This document shows positions 26,715 to 41,300 of a DNA stretch of 64,000 nt, piece by piece. Below the pieces are notes generated by a model. That model was given only the letters and a program-made list of their open reading frames with translations. It did no database searches and was not told the DNA's origin. The DNA is from Eledone cirrhosa (lineage: Eukaryota). The translations under genes were made by a program, and so were the position numbers. The stretch covers positions 26,350,001 to 26,414,000 of the forward strand of contig OZ024762.1 in assembly GCA_964016885.1 (NCBI GenBank), given 5' to 3'. How positions within the stretch are numbered: the first letter of the stretch is position 1; each line of letters opens with the position of its first letter.

Positions 26715-27260
26715 TGTTCGCATGGTAAATGTTGGTTAAACTATTTAAAACATTTTTGAAATGTTAAAAATTTCAAACACCGGGTCATGACACCTAGCTT
26801 AAAGATTTGTGCTGTTCCAAATCTAATTTTGAGCAGAAACATTATATTTTGTGTCAAATATTACATGGTTTACACAGTGAAAGATTGGTTAAGGGTGTGA
26901 AAAATAGTCATAAAACGTTAGATATAACCCATAACATTACAAGTGTTTCTCAGACACACAATTTCAAAAACTGTCATGGCACCTGCGACATAGATATAAC
27001 TTGACTCACTTTCTCTCTCTTCATCCCCCTCTCTCTCTTCACCCCCCTCTCTATCTCTCCACATCTCTCCTTTCTGCCAATCGTTCACCCCTTCTCTCTC
27101 TCTCTTCATCTTTCCCCCAACCTCTCTCTCTCCCTACACAGCGTCTATCTATCTACCGCTCTAACCCCAGCTCTCTTTCTCACTCTTCATCCTCTCTCTT
27201 TCTTCACCCTTTCTCTGTCTCTTCTACCTCTCCCCACCCTCCATCTCTCTCTCACTCTAT

Positions 27261-27331
<71 letters not shown>

Positions 27332-27711
27332 ATCTATCTAACTATCTATCTATGTATCTATCTATCTATCTCTATATATCTCTGTCTCTCTTTCAATACA
27401 GTGATTGTTTAAGTATGCCATTCACTACGGCTTGTGTAGTTCTAAATCTAATTTTAGTCAATAAGTTTATATTTTGTGTCAAATGCTACATACGCTTCTA
27501 GTAAATGATGATTAAAAGTGTTTCAGCGCTCATAAACTGCTGCAAATTAGCCATTAAAAATGGCGTCTGTCTCAAACATTTGTGCTGTTCGATATTGTCT
27601 TTATAAGATGGACTGGACTGGGACTGTAATTCAAAGATTTCATCCTGGCTAGACACGTACACACACACACACACACATATATGTATATATGTGTATAAAC
27701 ACACACATACA

Positions 27712-27862
<151 letters not shown>

Positions 27863-27910
27863 ATTAATACATGCGTTCTATATTATGCTTGAATCTAGAC
27901 TGAATATAAT

Positions 27911-27952
<42 letters not shown>

Positions 27953-28179
27953 GTGTATGTATGTGTGGGTTTTTGTGTGTGATTTTGAAGTGTATTTGCA
28001 TGTATACATTCACATGTATATGTATAGTTTTGTATGTATGTATATATATATATATGTATATATGGAAGTCGATATTTTTCTTGATGCAATACTGGATTAT
28101 ATTATATATGTATACGTATATATATATACGTATATATATATAATATAAGCAAGTATTGCATCAAGAAAAATATAGACTT

Positions 28180-28266
<87 letters not shown>

Positions 28267-28281
28267 AATGTATGTATGGAG

Positions 28282-28344
<63 letters not shown>

Positions 28345-28347
<3 letters not shown>

Positions 28348-28952
28348 TGGCTGCCAACTCGTTTTCGAGTACGGCCACTACTTTATATCCATGTAGGAGA
28401 ACCCCTACCGATGCGCTGAACAAGTGTGACTTTTTAGTCCAGCCAGCGACTTGAAAACTCTGGTACAAACACTACACTTGTGTCAATTATTGACACATAG
28501 TGCTGGGCCCATGGTACCATGTGACGACAAGTGCAGAGAGATCTCCAGATATAAAGCAATGCCTGTGCCGTGAAGCTTTTATAGTGAGCAAGGGCACTGC
28601 ACAAAGCCAGTCCCACTCTCTTAACCAAGATGATATTTACCAAAAAGAAGAACAAGTCAACATCATTGGATACCATCAGGGTTGCAGGTGCTATATCAGA
28701 GTTTTCCTTCTCCTAGAATTCTGCCTTGACAAAGGCTAAAGGGTCATCTCTCCCGGTGATTTTGGATGGCAATTGACTCTTAAGAGCTCCTTTGCCCTTT
28801 GACAGGTTTTGTTTTTAGTCCTGCAGGATGTCCAAGTCACCCTCCTCACCAAGAAACCTTGGTTGGGTCGCCAGTTTAGTCGCCAACGCCCCGACCATGA
28901 AACAGGTTGTACTGGGATACATGTTACCAGTAGCACCGCCTGGTGACCGGAC
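28345..28952 (-). mobile_element. Probable RTE-clade 5' UTR or RTE-derived non-autonomous element
   Basis: GC-richer island between microsatellites; motifs GGCGACTAAA and CTAGGAGAAGGAAAACTCTGA that I recall from RTE 5' UTRs; no ORF recognised. Confidence 0.5.
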
Positions 28953-29088
28953 ATACATACATACAAATATATATATATATATACACACATACATACATAC
29001 AAAACTATACATATACATGGGAATGTATTTTTTTTACTTACAACCTAGCCACATAACGAAAGACAACGCTGTTAAATTTATATATATA

Positions 29089-29130
<42 letters not shown>

Positions 29131-29411
29131 TAAATTATCTCCTTAGAATTATTAGGTAAAATACATACCATTTCCTCTCCCAGTTAGCATAATTAACCAA
29201 ATAAAAAAATCAATTAGACCAGGCTATAAGAATAAAGGCTCCTATGAAGAAATATTTGATAAATAACCGAAAGCGGCCTCTTCGCAGTTGACCCCAATAG
29301 GGTGTTTACCCAACATTTCAACAGCATGTAGAAACTGACTAAATATACCCCCAACCTCACACAATTAGGTGCAAATTTAAACTTAGAAGAAACGTGTACA
29401 TAGCGTAATTA

Positions 29412-29489
29412 CATCTCTACCACGGTTTCGTCGGTATTTTTAGATATCCTATTGTTAGGATGAATCTAGAGTAACAGACTCTTCAGGAG

Positions 29490-29492
<3 letters not shown>
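29412..29492 (-). ncRNA. Type I hammerhead with long stem II
   Basis: UGUCUC CUGAAGA GUCUGUUACUCUAGAUUCAUCCUA-ACAA-UAGGAUAUCUAAAAAUACCGAC GAA ACCGUGGU A/ GAGAUG. Confidence 0.85.
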
Positions 29493-29570
<78 letters not shown>

Positions 29571-29590
29571 CATATATATGTATATATATT

Positions 29591-29625
<35 letters not shown>

Positions 29626-29750
29626 ATTAATTTAATAGCGTTGTCTTTCGTTCTGTGACTAGGTTGTAAGTGAAAAATACTGGGAGCCTAATTTATAATT
29701 TTATTTTCATTCAAAATACAAAAACCGAAAACAAGAATATAACTATACAA

Positions 29751-29839
<89 letters not shown>

Positions 29840-29863
29840 CGCGTGTGCATTTATGTATGTATG

Positions 29864-29917
<54 letters not shown>

Positions 29918-29945
29918 TGTCGGTATATATGTGAATATACATGTA

Positions 29946-30016
29946 CAGGGTGTCCTCCCAAAATGTATACATGCTTCGAAAGCATTCTAACAAATGTGTT
30001 TACACTTTGGGGGACA
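29946..30016. mobile_element. Mini-MITE, Tc1/mariner-like
   Basis: TA-CAGGGTGTCCTCCCAAAATGTATACA ... TGTTTACACTTTGGGGGACA. Confidence 0.55.
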
Positions 30017-30169
30017 ATGTGTGTGTGTGCGTGTGAGTGTGTGTGGGTAATGGCTGGGGGGGGGGGTATATCTCCATATATTTACCTTCTCAGTGTGTTT
30101 GTACGTAGGTATATATATAGGTATGTATGTATGATTTTCGATTACATTTAAACAAAAACATGTAGACAA

Positions 30170-30282
<113 letters not shown>

Positions 30283-30565
30283 TATATATATGTATATATT
30301 TTGCAGGCGACGACATCTCAAAAACTAAATTACATCTGATCGCTGAAATGTTGGCGTTTTGTTACACACGAAATCTTATTAACAGGGAAAATAACAATAA
30401 TAATAATAGTTAAAATGATATTAATAATATATATGAGTGTGTATGTGTGTGTGTGTGTGTGTAGAAATACATATATATATACATATGAATCATTGTGTAT
30501 ACATATGCATATAGATATATATGTATGTTTGTGTGTGTGTGTATAATGAATATATATATATATAT

Positions 30566-30656
<91 letters not shown>

Positions 30657-30848
30657 GAGAGTGGTAAGGTGATGGTGTCTTTGGAGCGAAAATCACATCA
30701 TATTATCATGAAGATATATGTATGTGTATATATATATATATATGTATGTATGCATGTGTACATTCATATACATATGTATGTATATATATATATATGTATA
30801 TATATGTATGTTTATATATATATATGTATGCAGGTGTACATACATATT

Positions 30849-30880
<32 letters not shown>

Positions 30881-31394
30881 GTACACTATACACATGCATT
30901 ACATACGCTGTATGCACACATATATACAAACATACATAAATATATAAATACATGCATACGTTTATAAAAACATACATATATACATACATTCTTACATACC
31001 TACATACATACATATATACATTGGTACATGTTTCCACAAATGTATATACAACTGTATACACATGTGTATACACTAATGTATATATACGAAGCTAATGAGC
31101 TAAATTGAGTTAGTTTTAGGCGTTTAACAATAACACAGATTACTATTTTAAATACTTTACAGGAAAAAAATGAAATTTTCAGTAAAATTTGATTTGCTTT
31201 CCAATGCATGCTCCTACGAAATCACACACACTAGCACACATATATACACACATACATACACACGCATGCATACACTCACAGACAGACACATACATACACA
31301 CAAATACATACACACTCACAAACACACATACATACACACACACTTGCACACATATATATACACACACACACATAGACACATAGACACACGCATA

Positions 31395-32130
31395 GACAGT
31401 TATATTCATAAACACACACACACACAGAGACATACACACACACTCACACACACACATACACAGTTATATTCATAGGCATGCACACACATACACCCGCAGA
31501 CACAGACACACACATACACATACACACATACACAGTTATACTCATAAACACATATACAGAAACAACACACACACATACAGAGTTATATTCATGAACACAC
31601 CACACACACACAGAGACACACACATACATATAGACATTCACAGTTATAAGCATACACACACATACACATACACAGACAGATATATACAGTTATAATTCTA
31701 AACTTGCACACACATATACAAATGCACAGTTATATTCATAAAAACACACACACACATACATATACACACACACATATACAGACACACATATATATACAGT
31801 TATATTTATAAACATGCATACACACATATACACATACACAATTATATTCATAAACAGACACACAGACACATACGCAGTTACATTTGTAAACATGCACACA
31901 TACTGTCATATTCATAAACTCACACACACACACAGACAGACATACAGATACAGACACATACACACACACAGATACAGACACATATACAGACATATACACA
32001 GTCATATTTCTAAACATGCACACACACACAAACACACATTTACACAGTTACTTTCATAAACATGCGCACACACACACACACACATTTACACAATTACTTT
32101 CATAAACATGCGCACACACACACACACACG
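31395..32130 (+). repeat. Degenerate minisatellite: CAGTTATATTCATAAAC cores separated by (CA)n
   Basis: About a dozen recurrences of the core. Confidence 0.7.
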
Positions 32131-32397
32131 CACACTTAGAGCAACAATCATAACGTACGCACACACAGAGTAAAACTAATCAGGCACACGATTACATAAA
32201 TGCACACTGACATATATGTATATAGAGTAGGAGATAACTCCTCCAGTACTATAGAGAACAGTGTAAGATTCGTACCATGTAACGTCATAGCTCTAAGGTT
32301 AGTAAGCGGAGCTGCTACTAACTGAGCTATATATATACACACATATATATATACACACATATATATAAGTCGCGCTGCATATATACACACATATATA

Positions 32398-34400
<2,003 letters not shown>

Positions 34401-34407
34401 CTCAGTT

Positions 34408-34493
<86 letters not shown>

Positions 34494-34528
34494 GAATCTT
34501 AACCATCTACTATGTCAAGCATCATCTT

Positions 34529-34593
34529 ATTTTATCTGATGAGGACGTACGGTTGAAGTTAACTCAGTACCTCTGAAATATGTATAATAAAAT
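34529..34593 (+). ncRNA. Type I hammerhead in a solo pLTR (~34492-34728)
   Basis: AUUUUAU CUGAUGA GGACGUAC..GUACCUCU GAA AUAUGUAU A/ AUAAAAU; homologue at 53705-53762 (-). Confidence 0.78.
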
Positions 34594-34719
34594 ATACTTG
34601 ATCACAAGAATATCTATTTTGTTAATATTTTGAATTAATATTAATAACTCCGGAAAACCAAATCAGTTGAGTGCTTCCAATCTATTGTAAAACTCATTCT
34701 TTGATTTATTCATTGAACC

Positions 34720-34760
<41 letters not shown>

Positions 34761-34764
<4 letters not shown>

Positions 34765-35376
34765 GAAAAAATGAAACGAATTTTCATTTCTCACTCTTAG
34801 TTCGGGTGTTACTTAAATATAAGTAAGTATACCTACATACATATATGTATACAGACGTACAGTAGGATGTATATATATATACATATATGCACACATATAT
34901 ATATATGTACGTATGGATTCACCGAACATTTATTATAATGCTCGGTGTGTTTGTAAACAAACATCCCGAATTAAGCCGTACAGTGTCTAGTAACCATCGT
35001 TGCTCATTTGTTCAACACTGACAAAGGAACGCTGTACTAGTTTCAAGCTTATTAGCTATCGTCAGCAACGTATACCTTCCTACCAGATGGTTGAACGTCT
35101 GAAAGTATATACTTGCCTTATGCATATTAACGGCTGAGAAGCCTAATTTGCATATCGAGGGAGTTAATCGGCCGGGCACAGCGAAAACGATAAACGGAAA
35201 AAGTGAAACGAAATTTCTTGTCTCACACTTAGTACGGCGGTTACTTAAATATAAGTATGTATACGTACATACATATATGTATACAGACGTACAGTAGTAT
35301 GTATATATATATACATACATGCACATATATATATATGTATACAGACGTACAGTATACATATATGTATACAGACGTA
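34761..35376 (-). mobile_element. Candidate retrozyme, locus 2 (~1.4 units)
   Basis: Homologous to loci 1 and 3; redundancy at 34761 and 35192. Confidence 0.75.
35029..35071 (-). ncRNA. Type I hammerhead ribozyme (retrozyme family)
   Basis: Identical to 23933-23975. Confidence 0.9.
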
Positions 35377-38300
35377 TTGTTGTTGTCATTGCTGGTATAG
35401 TTGGTGGACGGGGTGGTTGTGGTGCTATTGTTGTTGTTGCTGGTATAGTTGGTGGACGGGGTGGTTGTGGTGCTATTGTTGTTGTTGTTGCTGGTATAGT
35501 TGGTGGACGGGGTGGTTGTGGTGCTATTGTTGTTGTTGTTGCTGGTATAGTTGGTGGACGGGGTGGTTGTGGTGCTATTGTTGTTGTTGTTGTTGGTATA
35601 GTTGGTGGACGGGGTGGTTGTGGTGCTATTGTTGTTGTTGTTGCTGGTATAGTTGGTGGACGGGGTGGTTGTGGTGCTATTGTTGTTGTTGCTGGTATAG
35701 TTGGTGGACGGGGTGGTTGTGGTGCTATTGTTGTTGTTGTTGGTGGTATAGTTGGTGGACGGGGTGGTTGTGGTGCTATTGTTGTTGTTGTTGGTATAGT
35801 TGGTGGACGGGGTGGTTGTGGTGCTATTGTTGTTGTTGTTGTTGGTATAGTTGGTGGACGGGGTGGTTGTGGTGCTATTGTTGTTGCTGCTGGTATAGTT
35901 GGTGGACGGGGTGGTTGTGGTGCTATTGTTGTTGTTGTTGCTGGTATAGTTGGTGGACGGGGTGGTTGTGGTGCTATTGTTGTTGTTGTTGGTATAGTTG
36001 GTGGACGGGGTGGTTGTGGTGCTATTGTTGTTGTTGTTGTTGGTATAGTTGGTGGACGGGGTGGTTGTGGTGCTATTGTTGTTGTTGTTGTTGGTATAGT
36101 TGGTGGACGGGGTGGTTGTGGTGCTATTGTTGTTGTTGTTGGTATAGTTGGTGGACGGGGTGGTTGTGGTGCTATTGTTGTTGTTGTTGGTATAGTTGGT
36201 GGACGGGGTGGTTGTGGTGCTATTGTTGTTGTTGCTGGTATAGTTGGTGGACGGGGTGGTTGTGGTGCTATTGTTGTTGTTGTTGGTATAGTTGGTGGAC
36301 GGGGTGGTTGTGGTGCTATTGTTGTTGTTGTTGTTGGTATAGTTGGTGGACGGGGTGGTTGTGGTGCTATTGTTGTTGTTGTTGGTATAGTTGGTGGACG
36401 GGGTGGTTGTGGTGCTATTGTTGTTGTTGTTGGTATAGTTGGTGGACGGGGTGGTTGTGGTGCTATTGTTGTTGCTGCTGGTATAGTTGGTGGACGGGGT
36501 GGTTGTGGTGCTATTGTTGTTGTTGTTGGTATAGTTGGTGGACGGGGTGGTTGTGGTGCTATTGTTGTTGTTGTTGTTGGTATAGTTGGTGGACGGGGTG
36601 GTTGTGGTGCTATTGTTGTTGTTGTTGGTATAGTTGGTGGACGGGGTGGTTGTGGTGCTATTGTTGTTGTTGTTGGTATAGTTGGTGGACGGGGTGGTTG
36701 TGGTGCTATTGTTGTTGCTGCTGGTATAGTTGGTGGACGGGGTGGTTGTGGTGCTATTGTTGTTGTTGTTGGTATAGTTGGTGGACGGGGTGGTTGTGGT
36801 GCTATTGTTGTTGTTGTTGTTGGTATAGTTGGTGGACGGGGTGGTTGTGGTGCTATTGTTGTTGTTGTTGCTGGTATAGTTGGTGGACGGGGTGGTTGTG
36901 GTGCTATTGTTGTTGTTGTTGGTATAGTTGGTGGACGGGGTGGTTGTGGTGCTATTGTTGTTGTTGTTGCTGGTATAGTTGGTGGACGGGGTGGTTGTGG
37001 TGCTATTGTTGTTGTTGTTGGTGGTATAGTTGGTGGACGGGGTGGTTGTGGTGCTATTGTTGTTGTTGTTGGTATAGTTGGTGGACGGGGTGGTTGTGGT
37101 GCTATTGTTGTTGCTGCTGGTATAGTTGGTGGACGGGGTGGTTGTGGTGCTATTGTTGTTGTTGTTGGTATAGTTGGTGGACGGGGTGGTTGTGGTGCTA
37201 TTGTTGTTGTTGTTGGTATAGTTGGTGGACGGGGTGGTTGTGGTGCTATTGTTGTTGTTGTTGTTGGTATAGTTGGTGGACGGGGTGGTTGTGGTGCTAT
37301 TGTTGTTGTTGTTGCTGGTATAGTTGGTGGACGGGGTGGTTGTGGTGCTATTGTTGTTGTTGTTGGTATAGTTGGTGGACGGGGTGGTTGTGGTGCTATT
37401 GTTGTTGTTGTTGCTGGTATAGTTGGTGGACGGGGTGGTTGTGGTGCTATTGTTGTTGTTGTTGGTGGTATAGTTGGTGGACGGGGTGGTTGTGGTGCTA
37501 TTGTTGTTGTTGTTGGTATAGTTGGTGGACGGGGTGGTTGTGGTGCTATTGTTGTTGCTGCTGGTATAGTTGGTGGACGGGGTGGTTGTGGTGCTATTGT
37601 TGTTGTTGTTGGTATAGTTGGTGGACGGGGTGGTTGTGGTGCTATTGTTGTTGTTGTTGTTGGTATAGTTGGTGGACGGGGTGGTTGTGGTGCTATTGTT
37701 GTTGTTGTTGCTGGTATAGTTGGTGGACGGGGTGGTTGTGGTGCTATTGTTGTTGTTGTTGGTATAGTTGGTGGACGGGGTGGTTGTGGTGCTATTGTTG
37801 TTGTTGTTGGTATAGTTGGTGGACGGGGTGGTTGTGGTGCTATTGTTGTTGTTGTTGCTGGTATAGTTGGTGGACGGGGTGGTTGTGGTGCTATTGTTGT
37901 TGTTGTTGGTATAGTTGGTGGACGGGGTGGTTGTGGTGCTATTGTTGTTGTTGTTGGTATAGTTGGTGGACGGGGTGGTTGTGGTGCTATTGTTGTTGCT
38001 GCTGGTATAGTTGGTGGACGGGGTGGTTGTGGTGCTATTGTTGTTGTTGTTGGTATAGTTGGTGGACGGGGTGGTTGTGGTGCTATTGTTGTTGTTGTTG
38101 TTGGTATAGTTGGTGGACGGGGTGGTTGTGGTGCTATTGTTGTTGTTGTTGCTGGTATAGTTGGTGGACGGGGTGGTTGTGGTGCTATTGTTGTTGTTGT
38201 TGGTATAGTTGGTGGACGGGGTGGTTGTGGTGCTATTGTTGTTGCTGCTGGTATAGTTGGTGGACGGGGTGGTTGTGGTGCTATTGTTGTTGTTGTTGGT

Positions 38301-41300
38301 GGTATAGTTGGTGGACGGGGTGGTTGTGGTGCTATTGTTGTTGTTGTTGGTATAGTTGGTGGACGGGGTGGTTGTGGTGCTATTGTTGTTGTTGTTGTTG
38401 GTATAGTTGGTGGACGGGGTGGTTGTGATGCTATTGTTGTTGTTGTTGTTGTTGGTATAGTTGGTGGACGGGGTGGTTGTGATGCTATTGTTGTTGTTGT
38501 TGTTGGTATAGTTGGTGGACGGGGTGGTTGTGGTGCTATTGTTGTTGTTGTTGGTATAGTTGGTGGACGGGGTGGTTGTGGTGCTATTGTTGTTGTTGTT
38601 GTTGGTATAGTTGGTGGACGGGGTGGTTGTGATGCTATTGTTGTTGTTGTTGTTGGTATAGTTGGTGGACGGGGTGGTTGTGGTGCTATTGTTGTTGTTG
38701 TTGTTGGTATAGTTGGTGGACGGGGTGGTTGTGATGCTATTGTTGTTGTTGTTGGTATAGTTGGTGGACGGGGTGGTTGTGGTGCTATTGTTGTTGTTGT
38801 TGCTGGTATAGTTGGTGGACGGGGTGGTTGTGATGCTATTGTTGTTGTTATTGCTGGTATAGTTGGTGGACGGGGTGGTTGTGGTGCTATTGTTGTTGTT
38901 ATTGCTGGTATAGTTGGTGGACGGGGTGGTTGTGGTGCTATTGTTGTTGTTGTTGCTGGTATAGTTGGTGGACGGGGTGGTTGTGGTGCTATTGTTGTTG
39001 TTGTTGCTGGTATAGTTGGTGGACGGGGTGGTTGTGGAGCTATTGTTGTTGTTATTGCTGGTATAGTTGGTGGACGGGGTGGTTGTGGTGCTATTGTTGT
39101 TGTTGTTGTTGGTATAGTTGGTGGACGGGGTGGTCGTGGTGCTATTGTTGTTGTTGTTGGTATAGTTGGTGGACGGGGTGGTTGTGGTGCTATTGTTGTT
39201 GTTATTGCTGGTATAGTTGGTGGACGGGGTGGTTGTGGTGATAGTGTTGTTGTTGTTGGTATAGTTGGTGGACGGGGTGGTTGTGGTGCTATTGTTGTTG
39301 TTGTTGGTGGTATAGTTGGTGGACGGGGTGGTTGTGATGCTATTGTTGTTGTTATTGCTGGTATAGTTGGTGGACGGGGTGGTTGTGGTGCTATTGTTGT
39401 TGTTGTTGCTGGTATAGTTGGTGGACGGGGTGGTTGTGGTGCTATTGTTGTTGTTGTTGCTGGTATAGTTGGTGGACGGGGTGGTTGTGATGCTATTGTT
39501 GTTGTTGTTGTTGGTATAGTTGGTGGACGGGGTGGTTGTGATGCTATTGTTGTTGTTGTTGGTATAGTTGGTGGACGGGGTGGTTGTGGTGCTATTGTTG
39601 TTGTTGTTGGTATAGTTGGTGGACGGGGTGGTTGTGGTGCTATTGTTGTTGTTATTGCTGGTATAGTTGGTGGACGGGGTGGTTGTGGTGCTATTGTTGT
39701 TGTTATTGCTGGTATAGTTGGTGGACGGGGTGGTTGTGGTGCTATTGTTGTTGTTGTTGCTGGTATAGTTGGTGGACGGGGTGGTTGTGGTGCTATTGTT
39801 GTTGTTGTTGCTGGTATAGTTGGTGGACGGGGTGGTTGTGGTGCTATTGTTGTTGTTATTGCTGGTATAGTTGGTGGACGGGGTGGTTGTGGTGCTATTG
39901 TTGTTGTTGTTGCTGGTATAGTTGGTGGACGGGGTGGTTGTGGTGCTATTGTTGTTGTTGTTGCTGGTATAGTTGGTGGACGGGGTGGTTGTGGTGCTAT
40001 TGTTGTTGTTGTTGTTGGTATAGTTGGTGGACGGGGTGGTCGTGGTGCTATTGTTGTTGTTGTTGGTATAGTTGGTGGACGGGGTGGTTGTGGTGCTATT
40101 GTTGTTGTTATTGCTGGTATAGTTGGTGGACGGGGTGGTTGTGGTGCTATTGTTGTTGTTATTGCTGGTATAGTTGGTGGACGGGGTGGTTGTGGTGCTA
40201 TTGTTGTTGTTGTTGCTGGTATAGTTGGTGGACGGGGTGGTTGTGGTGCTATTGTTGTTGTTATTGCTGGTATAGTTGGTGGACGGGGTGGTTGTGGTGC
40301 TATTGTTGTTGTTATTGCTGGTATAGTTGGTGGACGGGGTGGTTGTGGTGATAGTGTTGTTGTTGTTGGTATAGTTGGTGGACGGGGTGGTTGTGGTGCT
40401 ATTGTTGTTGTTGTTGTTGGTATAGTTGGTGGACGGGGTGGTCGTGGTGCTATTGTTGTTGTTGTTGTTGGTATAGTTGGTGGACGGGGTGGTCGTGGTG
40501 CTATTGTTGTTGTTGTTGTTGGTATAGTTGGTGGACGGGGTGGTCGTGGTGCTATTGTTGTTGTTGTTGTTGGTATAGTTGGTGGACGGGGTGGTCGTGG
40601 TGCTATTGTTGTTGTTGTTGTTGGTATAGTTGGTGGACGGGGTGGTCGTGGTGCTATTGTTGTTGTTGTTGTTGGTATAGTTGGTGGACGGGGTGGTTGT
40701 GGTGATAGTGTTGTTGTTGTTGGTATAGTTGGTGGACGGGGTGGTTGTGGTGCTATTGTTGTTGTTGTTGTTGGTATAGTTGGTGGACGGGGTGGTCGTG
40801 GTGCTATTGTTGTTGTTGTTGTTGGTATAGTTGGTGGACGGGGTGGTTGTGGTGCTATTGTTGTTGTTGTTGTTGGTATAGTTGGTGGACGGGGTGGTCG
40901 TGGTGCTATTGTTGTTGTTGTTGGTATAGTTGGTGGACGGGGTGGTTGTGGTGCTATTGTTGTTGTTATTGCTGGTATAGTTGGTGGACGGGGTGGTTGT
41001 GGTGATAGTGTTGTTGTTGTTGGTATAGTTGGTGGACGGGGTGGTTGTGGTGCTATTGTTGTTGTTGTTGGTGGTATAGTTGGTGGACGGGGTGGTTGTG
41101 ATGCTATTGTTGTTGTTATTGCTGGTATAGTTGGTGGACGGGGTGGTTGTGGTGCTATTGTTGTTGTTGTTGCTGGTATAGTTGGTGGACGGGGTGGTTG
41201 TGGTGCTATTGTTGTTGTTGTTGCTGGTATAGTTGGTGGACGGGGTGGTTGTGATGCTATTGTTGTTGTTGTTGTTGGTATAGTTGGTGGACGGGGTGGT

